A stretch of DNA of 64,000 nucleotides from Camelus ferus (lineage: Eukaryota): NCBI RefSeq assembly GCF_009834535.1, contig NC_045697.1, forward strand, positions 98,210,001-98,274,000, written 5' to 3'. Each line of letters opens with the position of its first letter. Within the stretch, counting starts at the first letter, position 1. This document shows positions 13,154-25,830 of the stretch, one piece after another. The notes under the pieces are model-generated. The model searched no databases, was not told the origin of the DNA, and worked only from the letters and a program-made list of their open reading frames with translations. Made by a program: the position numbers and the translations under genes.

Positions 13154-14295
13154 AAGTTTTCTACAGTAAATCTGTCATCATCTACATTCCTATACCAAGA
13201 TACTGTGTCTTGGGTCCTATTTTTGGTTTTCCAAGTAGTCTTGAAGAATTTAATAGTTTAAATTCTTTTCCAGATTGATAATGGAGAATGTTGTCACACT
13301 GACCTGATAAGCATCATGAAAACCAGTCTTAAATAAGTACAACTTATATTGTCAATTCTGTTTGCTAGACAGGTCAGTGTCTGGGTCTGCATATGTAAAT
13401 GATATTCATTGAACTAGGAACTTACAAAGACAGCTGAATTTAAGGAACTATATTTACTTGAGTATAGAAAAACAGCTAGTCGACTTAATTCTTTTAAAAC
13501 TTTGTAATAATATTTCATGTTGCAGTGGACATTTTGTTTGTTTACTGAGATCTATGGGGGGAAAATCATAATTATTTTCAAGAATCCAAGAAACCCCACT
13601 TCAGTCCATCAACTTTAACAGCATCCTATCCTAATCTCCAGAAAACTGCTGGTTTATTCTTCTCCTTCCACAGGACCTCATTACAGGCCCCACGGGATCC
13701 CTCCACTACTGCTAGTGAGTCTTAATGTTGTCTTATTTTCAATCCCCCAACCCACCCTCATGTCAGCAGGCTGCTATTGATCTTGAGAAGTCCTTTGTTG
13801 CAAATCCCCACCGAGCTCTTTCTGCAGAGAATTGCCCCCTTTGAAGGCCTGCCCCAGTGGTCTTTGTGTTAGCAGCTTCAGTGAGGGAATAAAGAGGCCT
13901 GCCTTAGGTAAGAATGTTTGCAATGCCTTTTCAAACGGTATTTGTACACGTTAGTAGTCATCATAGATTCTCTGCTGACCTAAGAGATTTGCAGCTTTAT
14001 AAAGGCTGCGGCAGGTGCTTAAAATATTTGTCAGTCCCTTTCTTCTTTTGCAACAGGCCCAAAAAGGAATGACTGGTGGGCAAATATTGATTTCCCTTCC
14101 CAAAAATCAACTGTGAAGTGGGAAAGGACACCTAAACAGGAAACCAAAAGGTTTACACTGTCAAACCAGGACAGAAGGCAGGGAAGGAAGAGTACACTCT
14201 GCAGCCCAGGAACAAGTCGGACATGTAATGCCTGTGGTATTTCCTATCAGAGTATCCTCTGGAAGCTGAAGGTAAATAAATGAAGCAATTTAGGG

Positions 14296-14463
14296 CTGTG
14301 TTTCTCAAACTGAAACCTTACATGCAGACTAATTACCAGGAATCTTGTAAAATGCAGGTTCTGTTTTGCTGGATCTGGGCTGGAACCCGGGACTCTGCAT
14401 TTCTGACCAGCCTTCTGACTGATGCTGCATCTGCTGATCCAGGGATCAGACTGAGTACGAAGG
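14296..14463. mobile_element. MER5-family (MER5B-like) hAT-Charlie MITE
   Basis: gtttctcaaact...aaaatgcaggttct...gactctgcatttctgaccagc...tgatgctg...ctgagtacgaagg. Confidence 0.8.
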
Positions 14464-16954
14464 GCTGAGGCCACTTGCTGGTAGCAAATGACAAGCATCT
14501 GAGTTCTTTCTAGCAAAAAAGGCAAAACAGGCCCTGATGCCATATCTGCATTTCCTGCCTCAGAGAATTAAGAAGCATGAGGAGCCTCCCAGGCGCCCTC
14601 CGCCCATAAAGTGATTACCTCCTGAGGGAGGCAACAGTGAGTCGGCACAGTGAGTTTGGCAACCTCTCTGCTGAGTGTCAGGGGTACTGGGTTTGGTTTT
14701 CACATTACCAGCCTCAGTGAGGTGGAACAGAGGATTACAAAGGGATAAACTAAATGGCAATTGCAAGTGTATTGTTGTCACCAGCACCTTTTCCATCAGT
14801 ATTTTCTATTTCTCCAAAGCCATACGGAGCCATTCATCTACTTAGGTGATTTCTTAAGAGAAAATGAACAATACATGTTCCCAAGTGGCAAGCGTAGTGC
14901 AAGTTAAAAATGGTATTTTTTTTATCCCAAAGCCTCCAAAAAGTTCACAGATCTTAGTATTATCATAAAAATAAATGACAAAAGGGATTGAGTTCAGTTA
15001 GAAATCATCCCACTACTGGCCATGCAGAGAAACTTAAAATCAAACACACTGCTTTCTAGCCTTCAGCACCTTCCAGCCTTCAGTATTGGGATAAAAGTCC
15101 AAAATGAAAGCTCCTAATGATCTACGAGTTGAAGACCTGGCTGTTTTAAGAGAGATCATGACCAACGAGAGAGAAAAAGAGGAATTTCAGATCCAAGACT
15201 AAAAATAGTAGATTTATGCTTAGATGGGTTTGTTCCTTTAGAGAATGCTCCATTGATCTTACTGAAATTCTTCCAGGTGAGTTACTCGCTCTGTCCAAGA
15301 ACAGTTGCTATCTAAAAAATAATAAGGCATTTACTTCTAAGCTAACAGTTCTCTCTAGTATAGAGTCAGACTCTAGCCAAATTTACAGAGAAACATTTTT
15401 CACCAACTTTCCAAAGACATATATCAATAGTATAAGTAAAGAAAATCTAAAGAAATTAAACATAAGTGTTTAAGAGTCCAGCATGATTGCACCAAATCTA
15501 CATGTTAAGAGTTCTATGTGAAGCTTACTTTGAAGGATAACAGCCAAACAGAACCTGGCCTGATTTATACTATTACTCCCAAAGCCGGAACAATCTAATT
15601 GGTGAGCTGAGGAGGTGGCCACCTATGTGAAGTGACAGAGTTCTCAGTCCCAAAACATCTTTTGCCTAAAATTCCACATGGGACACCTAGTCCTATTACT
15701 ACAGCCACGGGAAGTAACACATACAACTGTGTTGGATTCCTTGATATATTTGCACTGTTTTGATAATCAGAGCCCCTTCTTATGATCCAGCCATGGTAGA
15801 TTTTGTCTTCATGAAGGGACTAAGAAGAGGAACAAAGGAAAGGTCAGGTCCAGAACCAAATCCCCAGCTATCTAGGGGTGATGATAAGAGTAACAGATAT
15901 CTGGTGCCTGAATACTGAATTTGGTGTTTGCCAAAGGCAAACAATATTCTTTAAATTTTTGCCTACAACAGGATGAAAACAATCATGAATGACAGGTCAA
16001 AGGTGGCCCTGCACAGCTCAAGTTCAACATACATGGACCCCCAAAGAGCAGCTCTTTTCAATTATAAACCCAAAATGACTGACACTGTGTGACCAAATTT
16101 GGGTCAGACAACCTCACTGAATATTGCCCACCTTATCTGTAGTCAAGGGATTCATAATAGACAGGAAACAAACCGCCTAATACCCAGGATCATTTATACA
16201 CAGTTAGGAAACATGTTTTCTCCCTCTGGCAGGAAAGCCTTTCTGGTATTAAACAAGCTGTTTTCACCTCCCCCCTTAAAAATGGCTGATTCAGACAAGT
16301 TCAAATTTTCTAATCAAAACCTGTCAGGAGATGCTTGAGGCTGCAAAGTATGCACATTGCTTTTCATGTCAATGGAGAGAAAAGGTGTGGGAGACCAGGC
16401 GCCACGGGTAACACTGTCACACACAAAAGACTTTCAGCAGATACCTGGGACAAATCCTCCTGGTCCTCTGAGTCTCTTTTTCTGTTTAACCATATTGTTC
16501 CCCCTGCAGACGTCCTTGATGCAACTCTGAACATCCTGAGAATGATTTTCAAACCAAGTACATTAGACAAGTGTGGAATGGATGTTTCTCTGTAACCGAG
16601 AGATGAGTTTGAGAGAAAAGATCCAATTTGCACATACACTTTTGCAAGCAGGGCTTTCCAGTGAAGCACTGGATTTAGAAGCTAATTCCCCTCATTTTTC
16701 TGTGTTTGAAGTGTAACATGTGCTCGAGTGGCTAATAGATTTGTTTCTGGCCACAACACCATTTTTGGGATACAAACCTTGTAGAAGGGGAATCAGACTG
16801 AATTTTGCTTCCCAACTGCTCTTAATTTCACTGTAAACTGAGTTGTTCTTCCAGAAAGAAGAAAGGCATGAAGATGAGGCAGCTCAGCACAGATTAAATA
16901 CAAATTTTATTTTTTCTTTAGGTAACTAACTGAAGTCTCTCCAAAGACTCAGAA

Positions 16955-18900
16955 TCATTCATTCACATGTTACACACAAACACACACACAATCACCTTGA
17001 ACCTTTCTAGACACAGAGGATAAAGAGTAAGCAAGACAAAGCCCCTGTCTTCATGGAACTCACACGGTAGAGACAATAAAAAAAAACAAAAAAGTCTCAT
17101 GTACGTGTATCATGATGTAGTGTAGTAATAAGCACCCTGAGCTAAAATAAACCTGTGCAGGGGTAGGGAGTAGCTCAGGGGTAGAGCATGTGCCTAGCAT
17201 GCATGAGGTCCTGGGTTCAATCCCCAGTATCTCCTCTAAAATAAATTTTAAAAATAAAGAAGGTTATATCAGAACGAGGCTCATATAAAACAGGGGAACA
17301 GTCCTTATAGATATCTGGGGATAGAGGTCTCAAAGCAACGGGAATAATGCCAGGGTCAAGGTCCTGAGGTAGGCTGCAGGTTGAGTATTTTTGAAGACTA
17401 CAAAGAGCCTGTGTAGTAGAGCTGGGAGTGACAGGAGATGACACTGGGTGGACAGGAAGAGGGCAGATCAAGTGAAGCCTTGCAGACTACAGTAAGGAGC
17501 TGGAGTCTCACTCTGACTGAATAAATCCACTGGAGGATTTTGAGCAGAAAAGTGACTTCCATGACCTGATTTACATTTTAATCAGATACCTCTGGAGCTC
17601 TTGACTTGAGAGGTGAGCGAGATGAGAAACTGAGAAAACAATTACGAGTCTAAATGGGGGTCTTGGACTCAGAAAGTAATGGTGAACATGATGAAACTGA
17701 TTAAATCCTAGATCTATTTTGAAGTTGCAGATGATCATCTGATATATTAAATGTGAGGTCTGTAGGACAGAGAGAGGCGTCGAGGATAACTCCCAGTTTT
17801 TGGTCTGAACCACTTAGTGAATGGTGGTGCTGTTGACGAAAGTGAGAGGAAGGAACAGTTGGGGAAAAGAGAATCAAGAGTTCTATTTTGAAGCTGTTAG
17901 ATTTGAAAATGCATTTTAGACATCCAAGTGCAGAGATGTTGAGAAAGAAGTTAGACATACAAGTCTGGAGCCCAGAGAAAAGGAAATGGCTGAAGATATA
18001 AATTCAGAACCACCTAGCTATAGATGATATTTAAAGCCATGACCGTGAACGAGATCATCTAAGGAGAGAGCATAAAAAAATAGAGAAAACAACCAAGGGG
18101 CTGAGCCCAAGAGTATCCCCGAAATCTTTAGGTCAGGGAGAGAAGGAGCCAGCAAAGAGAAACGGGAAGGCATAGCCATAGCATAGGAAGAAAACAAGGC
18201 AAGAGTAGAATTACCCATGCCAAGTAAAACATGTGCTTCCAGGAGGACGTGAACACCTAGGTCAAGTGCTACTGATAGGTCAAGACTGAGATGTGCCCAC
18301 TGGATCTGGCAAGATGGGAATCACTGCTAGCCCCAACAAGGGTTTCAGTGGAATGTTCAGGATAAAAGCCACTGGGGAAAGAGCCAAGGAATAAATGTAA
18401 AATATAAAACCTCTCTTTCAAGGAGAACAGAGAATACCTGAAAGAAGACGTGAAATTTAGTCTAGAGTGGGTGATTTTGTCAAGGGAGACTATAGATATC
18501 TTTAAACCCCAGTAGGAGGGATCAGAGTCAAGAAAAAGATGATGCTGGAGAAAGGGAACCTAACTGCAGGAGCAAAGTGCTTAAGCAGGAAGAAGAGACA
18601 GGATCTAGTGCATGAGTGGATAGCCGGGCTTCGAAAGAAACAGGACTGTTCATCCATTCCAACAAAAGGGAGGCAAGTAGGTGGATCCAGGGGCAGGAGG
18701 ATTTGTGAGGGTAAGAACAGGGAGAAACTCTCACGTTTGTCTTTATTCTCTCAGTGAAATAACAGACGAGGCCATCAGCTTAAAGTGAGGGAAAGGGTGA
18801 GGAGTAGGAGGTGTGAAACAGTCTCAGAAAATGGTGGAGTGAGTTGACCAGGGAACCTAAATGCTGCCCAGACACAGAACCCACTGAGGTTTGTGGTCAG
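16955..18900 (-). mobile_element. L2 LINE (about 1.9 kb, interrupted by a SINE)
   Basis: cattcattca 3' tail, agacaaagcccctgtcttcatggaactcaca, ttttgagcagaaaagtgac...gatttacatttta, agacatccaagtgcagagatgt. Confidence 0.9.
17160..17258 (+). mobile_element. tRNA-derived SINE, Vic-1-like (camelid)
   Basis: A box TAGCTCAGGGG (17171-17181), B box GGTTCAATCCC (17214-17224), tRNA-Ala-like body gtagagcatgtgcctagcatgcatgaggtcctggg, AT-rich tail. Confidence 0.85.
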
Positions 18901-19226
18901 GTGTTAAGTGACTCTGCCTCCCGTTGCTTCATCCATCTGGCTGGATGGGAAATTTGAGTATCATCTTTACATTCTAAGATTTCTATTTTAAACTAGAGTA
19001 AATAAAACTCAATAGAATAGCAATTATGTGAAAATAGGCAAAAATGCACAAGTGAAAGAATGCTGGAATCAAACTTTTCAACCCAACTTTGAACTCATAA
19101 TAGGCTTTATTCTCCTTTCCTGCTATACGTAAATTGGCCCCATATAAGCTTAGGAGCTCATTTGCTTTGACTCAAAGAGCACTGTACCATCAGGAGACCT
19201 ACTTCTAATCTCTGTCATTAGAAAAT

Positions 19227-19675
19227 TGTGTGATGCTAAACTAAGGTTACCCACACCAATATCCTTTCTTCCCTCTTGGTCAGGAACAGAACTCTTGATT
19301 CTTAGCTGAGCAGATGACTCCCAGAATTGAAACTATGTTTCCCAACTTCCTTTGCAGCTAGGCATGGCCACGGAATTCAGTTTGGGCCAATGAGATGCAA
19401 AGAAAAGTAGTATGAGGCAGGTTCTAGGAAACTTCCTTTAAAAATGTCATGTATGTACCCCTAATCTGCTTCTTAATCCCTTCTGCCACTTTAGCTAGAG
19501 TTCCAGTTACCATCAAGAACCATCCTAAGAAAGGCACAGCAGTGAGCTAGGGAGAGCCTAGGTCTCTAACAATTTCATGGAGCCCCTGCAGCCCTGGAGT
19601 ACAAACCTCCAGCCTCTACAATGTGAGAGGGAAACAGATCTCTGTCACATCCACTGAGCTTAATTATGATTGACA
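19227..19675 (+). mobile_element. ERVL-class solo LTR (LTR33-like)
   Basis: caatatcctttcttccc...aacagaactc...tttcccaacttcctttgcagctaggcatggccac...ggccaatgagatg. Confidence 0.75.
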
Positions 19676-21244
19676 GACTCTTCAAGAATCAGTTTTCTCT
19701 TCTTTAGACTAAAGCCATTGTCAAGTTTCCTGCGCAAATGTGAAAGTCTCATTCATAGTGCTACCTCTCTGTTTCAGAGGTCAAAGTAGAAATCACAGTA
19801 ACGAGAATCCAGAATTTCTGGCTCCAACCCCCTGGTTTAATGCCATCCTGTAATCTGTTCAGTACTGCCAAGGGGGTTGATAAGTGCAGTTTTAACCTGT
19901 CTCATCACGCTTACATTTTCACAGAGGTGGGCCATCAGACTGTTGATCTCTCCAGTTCAACGACACAGTTCTGACACCAGGCTCAATTTGGTACTGGAGC
20001 AAAGACGCATTGCTGAATACTTTCTATGAGCCCCTGGAACCCTCACCCTGCCCCACAACAATTCCACTGGCTTGAACAGTCTACTGCACTATGCAGAAAA
20101 CAAGATCTGGAAATTATAATTCTTGTGAAAAGTTTCTCCCCAAAATTATGCCTTTATATATTTTTTTTTTGCTATTCTAAATAAAATGAACAGTATCTGC
20201 CCATAGGATTTATTCATTAACCAAGAACACATGTATTTTCATTTGTAAAGACCAACCACCAAAAGGATGGAAGGAAACTTGCCAGATAAAAACAATCATT
20301 CAAAGCAAGTTTCGTGAAAACTCTGTCTTTCGAAAATAAAATTCTGAACTTAAGTTTTTTGGATAATGTGCAAGCAACTTTTTCAAATTTTATTCCATGC
20401 TTCATGATGATTTAACTGGAGTAGAACTCTTTCCCTTGAGTTATCATTTATTAACAATCTTCCTGGATTTTCAGCCAATTTAGGGTAACGTTAACTTGCA
20501 GGAGAAAAAAACATATAAAATACAATATTTTAACAAAAATGCTCTTTTGAAGAAGCAATTGAGCCTTCTCCACTAGATGCAAATAGCAGTGAGCCAACAG
20601 AAACTGCTAAAGAGCCAGCAGTGGAAGACCGTCTCCATATTTTCTTTTGATCTCTCTGGACTTAATGCCCTCATGAAGTGCGAACAGAATATACACATGT
20701 CACAGCGTGGCAGAGGGATAATATATTTCCCCCTGCTTCGCTGAGCATAAGTTGTGTATCCTGCCAGCTTGAGAGTCCACAGTGTGGTACATTTATCCCC
20801 ATTAGACAAGCTCACTCTAATAATATATGGATGCTGCAGCCCCTTCTGACAAATATGTAAAATCATAACCTTCTACATTCTGGAGATAGGGCGCACGTAC
20901 CTTGAACCTATTAACCATGCACTGACAAATTTCTGTTAAAACTAGATTTTCACATCCAAGACTAAGAGGGCAAATGTATGGATTGTATTTATCTATGTGT
21001 TTGTTTATGTATGCAGCCTCAAAAGGCTATAACTTCCATTTGAAGACAGAAAAAAAAGAACAATGCTTCCCAACTTGGCCATATAGGAATTCACTTGGCC
21101 TATCGTGAGAAAAAAAAACTATTTAGAACAGAGGGTATGTTCTTAAGTACTGTTTGATTCATTTCTGATAGGACATTCAGCCCTTTCTAATCTCATCAAA
21201 GAGTACACTTTTAAGAAGTGGCCCCCAAATAAGGAAATATTTGT

Positions 21245-21410
21245 AGTTCAAATCCCAGCATTTACTAGCATGCAAGCTTGAGCAAGTTTACTTAACTGAA
21301 GCCTCAGTTTTGCTCATCTGTTAAATGGGGCTCATAATGATACCTACTTATAGGATTCTATGTACAGTGCTTAGCATACAACTGGCACTCAATAAGTGTT
21401 GGCTAGTTTC
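21245..21410 (+). mobile_element. MIR SINE
   Basis: gttcaaatcccagc...gcctcagttttgctcatctgttaaatgggg...gcactcaataagtgttggct. Confidence 0.85.
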
Positions 21411-22489
21411 ACCATGATGATTAGCTCAGGACCCTCGCCAGGATACCAGTGGGAAGGACTAAGCTTATGTGAAAAGAACATGGTAGGGAAGCTGCCTTGA
21501 CTGTGCTCTCCAGTTACCCTTCTCCACTGCCAGAGGGTATAATGTGATGTTGTCCCTAAACACAGCTGAGAAACAGACACAGGCTGAGAACCACACAAAG
21601 GCTTGATAAACCCAGAAAAAGTCTAGGTTCTATAAACCTTCAGCTCCAAAATTTTAATCTGTGTCTACATCTCTTTAGTACACAGGAAAAAAACCTTTCA
21701 GCAACCATAAAGTTAAGAAAATAATGGCCAGGGAGCACTTGAAGCGAGCAATAGGGTTAGTTTTCTCTCCTTTGTAACCATGGGTTACAGCGTTTACATC
21801 TTTCCAACCTCAGGTTCAACATTTCTTGGAATAGACTGTGTAAAACACTGTCGATTAGTTAATTATCTGTGTTGATAAGGCTCTAAACACACTACTCAAA
21901 TTCTTTGGCTTTGAGGATAAAAGTCGTAGCATTGAAAAATAATGTTTCACACCATTTTCCATACAGTTAAGAATTCAAATACATTACCAGTATTAAAATC
22001 TCATAGGTATTCTTAATATACCTGTTTCTCCAATTAACACAGCAAGGTCATTAATACACTGTATTCTGTTATGAAGTCATAACTGCAGCCAAGCAGAAAA
22101 TGATTACCATCTATCAGCTTTCATGTTTTAGAAAAGCAAAATTATTTTTCCTTTGTTTTAGAAGTTCCCCAGAACAAATAATAGTTTTATATTGGCAACT
22201 CTTTGATTTCATGACCTGACTGCCACACATCTCTATAAAGCTGTCATATATCCTTCTGGGCTCAACTCACATGGAGCTGTTTCAGTTTTAAAATCTAATC
22301 TGGGGGCAAATCCTCCCGATTCCATTGTGAACACCTGGTACCAACAACAGCAGAAAAAAATATCAGGTCTCTTTCAAATGGACCTCTGTGTGAAAACAAG
22401 TGACTTCATACATCACACAGATCTGTTTCTCAGATCAAAACAATAAAAACAATTAATTAATTATTTAATAAAAGCCGTTAATTTATGTC

Positions 22490-22870
22490 AGCCAACTGAT
22501 AACAAATCCCTACTCTCGGACGCACTCTTGGGCAGTGTGTTCTTGGAGGTGTAAGAGTCCTTGCTCTCAGGTAGCTCATGATCACTGGAGAACAAGTAAG
22601 GTAATAGTTATTTGTGCCCCTAAGGCAGATGAAGAAAAAGGCCTGAAAGAAAGATAAAAATAATAATAAGGTTCAGAGCAGGATAGCTCAAGATCACTGA
22701 GTTGGATAAACTGACATCACTGAAAAGATGCCACATAAGGTTGGTAGAGCTTCATCCAAAGATATAAGGCTGGACATTCCTGACAGAGGAAATAGCATTT
22801 ATGAAAGACCCTAATGCAGGAAAGCACGTGGTGCTTTGGAATCAACAAGTGATTTCTGTTCACTGGAGTC
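22490..22870 (-). mobile_element. L2 fragment
   Basis: gtccttgctctcaggtagctca...gacattcctgacagaggaaatagc. Confidence 0.65.
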
Positions 22871-22914
22871 AAGAATAATCTGTGTAACAGACTTCTGTTG
22901 TTTCTGCTACCCAA

Positions 22915-23578
22915 CACATAGTTTGATGTTTCAGCAAATACATGCAGCCATGCACCTGTTAAACTATTACCGCAATCAAGAAGTAGAATATTTTCATCCT
23001 CCCAAAATTCTGGTTTCCGCTCACTTACACACATTCGATCTCAACCTCTGGCCCCAGGCAACCAAGGATCTGCTTTCTTTCACTATAGGTTCGTTTCACC
23101 CATTCTAAACTGTTACCTAAGTGTGGTCAGACAGCATGACTCTTTGTGTCTGACTTCTTTCACTCAGAATAATGTTTCTGAGATTCATTCATGCTATTTG
23201 GTATAGAAGCAATTTGTATCTTTTTATTCCTGAGGAGTATTTCATTATATGGACGTACTGTAATTTGTTTATTCATTTTTCTATTGAGGAACATAGGGAT
23301 TATTGAGGGTTTTGACTACTGTGTTAAACATTGCTAGGAAAGTATGTGTACAAATCTTTGTTAGGTTATTTTCATTTCTCTTGTAAATATCTATCTGGGA
23401 GTGGAATGGTTGAGTCTTAGGGAAACAATATGTTTAATCCTGTAAGAAACTGCCAAGCTGTTTTCCAAAATGGTTGTACCATTGTCAATTCCTACCAGCA
23501 GTGTATGAAAGTTCTGGTTTCCCCTCATTTTTGCTAGTCAGTGTTTGGTATTTGTCTCTTTAATCTTAACCATTAATT
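22915..23578 (-). mobile_element. Old LINE-1 3' end (L1MB/L1ME-like)
   Basis: ccccaggcaaccaaggatctgctttct...ttctttcactcagaataatgtttctgagattcattcatg...aaactgccaagctgttttccaaaatggttgtaccatt. Confidence 0.85.
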
Positions 23579-23579
23579 A

Positions 23580-24052
23580 TTTATTTTTCCTTTTTCCTTT
23601 AGAAGACAAATCCAAAAATCTATTGCTATGATTTATGTCAAAAGGTGTTGTTCTGCCTAGGTTTTCCTCTAGGAGTTTTATGAGTTCTACTCCTACATTT
23701 AGGTCTTTAATCCATTTTGAGTTGATTTTTGTACCTGGTACTAGAGAATGTTCCAATTTAATTCTTTTACAGGTAGATGTCCAGTTTTCCCAGCACCACT
23801 TATTGAAGAAACTGTCTTTTTTCCATTGCATATTCTTGCTTCTTTTGTCATAGATAAATTTACCATAAATGCATGGCTTTATTTCTAGGCTCTCTATTCT
23901 ATTCCATTGATCTATGTGTTGGCTTTTGTTCCAGTACCACACTGTTTTGATGACTGTTGCTTTGTAGTATAGTCTGAAGTCAGGAAGAGTGACTCCTCCA
24001 GCTCTGTTCTTCTTTCTCAAGACTGTTTTGTCTATTCAGGCTCTCTTGTGTT
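23580..24052 (-). mobile_element. Younger LINE-1 ORF2 internal fragment
   Basis: Open ORF 23577-24020, [23 protein letters not shown]...DQWNRIE...KWCWENW...[11 protein letters not shown], is L1 ORF2p downstream of the RT domain. Confidence 0.95.
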
Positions 24053-24129
24053 TATCTGCATACTTTTTTAAAATCTGGCTCATAGGTTCCCTTCTCTGTG
24101 CAGCTTTTCCCCCACTTCCCCAATCACTC

Positions 24130-24330
24130 CTTCCAATGTGCACAGGACTTCATTCATGCATTCCTCTATAAGTGACACTTATCATATTGCACTGTAATTC
24201 AGAGTTACTTATCTCTATCCATCCCTAGACTGAGAGCTACTTGAGGGCACAGGGTGAGTATTTTTCTTCTTTGAATCAGCCCAAGGCTTAATATAGTACC
24301 CACCACATTTGAGTACTCAGGCTCAAATAT
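24130..24330 (+). mobile_element. L2 3' end
   Basis: atcatattgcactgtaatt...ccctagactgagagctacttgagggcacaggg. Confidence 0.75.
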
Positions 24331-24414
24331 GATTATAGATCTGTAAGAAAAGGAAAGGCGACCTATTGAGATGAAAGTCATGGAGGGGTAAGGGTAGCTT
24401 CAGAATTCTGGGTG

Positions 24415-24830
24415 ATTCATTTATTCATTCATTCATTTAACAAATAGTTATTGAACTCTGTGTGTCAGGCCTCTGAGATGCTACGATGCAGAGATAGATG
24501 AACTACACAAAATCTCTCCCCAGGTAGAATTTAGCTTATGGCAAGGAAGGTAAATTCATTTGCTGAATGTTAAAAACCAGTGTGGCATGTGCTGTGATAT
24601 GGGAAACCCAGAATGAAAAGAGAGCTCACTGTAGAATCTCTGAATCTCAGGCTTTGAAATGGAGATAGGATATCTAAGCTGAGATGTGAAGGATGTGTCA
24701 GAGGGGCCCAAGTCAAGAGATAGGGGAACAGCAGCTCATGAAAAGACCAAGAGATAAGAAAGAACAACGCTACTGAGGGGGCTACAATAAGCAGGTAGAT
24801 CTGGAGAACCAACTATTGGATATAGGGAAT
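24415..24830 (-). mobile_element. L2 3' end
   Basis: (attc)n tail followed by aacaaatagttattgaactctgtgtgtcaggc...tctaagctgagatgtgaaggatg. Confidence 0.8.
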
Positions 24831-25089
24831 GACTGCAGAGAGAAATGCTGCTGCTGATTCCAGTAAACCATCAGCAAACACAAGATGAAGGGTTTGGTTT
24901 TTTTTCAAACAAACTTATTTTGTTGCATGAGAGTTGCCATCCCATCTAACATTTCCTGGCTGTGTGAGCTTAAGAAAATGGAGCCTCCCTGGTAGCTCTA
25001 TTTCCTCACCTGTATCACAGAAATAAAATCTCCCTACAGTTGGTGTTAAGAACGAGCTTAATTCAGGTAAAATACCACATTAAAGATAA

Positions 25090-25490
25090 ACTAGATGCTC
25101 ACCGAATGTTTTACTCCTTCTGGGCGCAGTCACGGTACATTCTGCAATAACCTTCTATCTAGGTGGGCCATGTGACTCAACATGACTCTAGACTGTGAGC
25201 CCATGGGTGGTGTCAATTCTGGGCTAAGGCAGTTAGGAGCAGGTGTACCTTTCTCGTCATCTCTCTCTTTCATTTTATGGTAACTCTGAAGTCCACATGT
25301 TGAACATTCAGCGGGAAGAAGCTTGGGTCTCTGAATGACCACATGGATCTGAGTCTTTGTGCCCCACCACACACCTACACCTCTGCCTACCTCACGGCAC
25401 TGGGACATGCCGTAGCAATAATAATTTTTTGTGTTAAGACACTGAAGATAAGGGTTGTTGCAGTAGTTATCCCATCCTGATTTATTCCAA
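25090..25490 (+). mobile_element. MaLR solo LTR (MLT1J-like), nested in a MIR remnant
   Basis: ctaggtgggccatgtgact...gcttgggtctctgaatgaccacatgga...tgtgttaagacactgaagat. Confidence 0.75.
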
Positions 25491-25583
25491 CATTCAGCCC
25501 GATGTTTAGCACATAGCAAATATCCAATAAATGTTAGCTGAGGATGCTCTGTTATTTGTTGTTTCATTCTTATTATTGCTTGA

Positions 25584-25830
25584 GACAATATGGCATAGTA
25601 GTTGAAGCTCAAGTTCTGGAATCAGGCAACACTGGGTTTGACTCCCGACTCTGTATTTACCAACTCTCTTTGCCAGTTAGCCTCTCGGGTCTCACTTCAG
25701 TCATCTATAAAATGCAAGTAATAACACTGCCTACCTCAGAAGGTCACTGAGAACACTGAATGAGATGAAGTGTGTAAATCTTTGGGCACATCTGTACGTA
25801 GTAAGTGCTCATTAAGTGGAAACTACTAAC
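25584..25830 (+). mobile_element. MIR SINE, near full length
   Basis: atggcatagtagttgaagc...ctgggtttgactcccgactct...catctataaaatg...tagtaagtgctcattaagtg. Confidence 0.9.

Noticed and set aside
15199..15208. Perfect MEF2 site CTAAAAATAG
   Set aside because: A single AT-rich 10-mer carries little information in this base composition.
16445..16589. Minus-strand exon candidate (acceptors at 16589 or 16535)
   Set aside because: Mediocre donor (gtatct) and no recognisable peptide in any frame.
17160..17235. tRNA-Ala gene
   Set aside because: Degenerate stems, an AT-rich tail, insertion inside an L2 and a second similar copy all indicate a SINE.
22550..22595. Similarity to the miR-28/151 family 5' arm
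   Set aside because: Explained by the shared L2 origin; no complementary arm nearby.
24130..24830. Tail-to-tail L2 pair (and the MIR pair at 47085-47480) as hairpin or miRNA precursors
   Set aside because: The copies are too diverged to see an extended stem.
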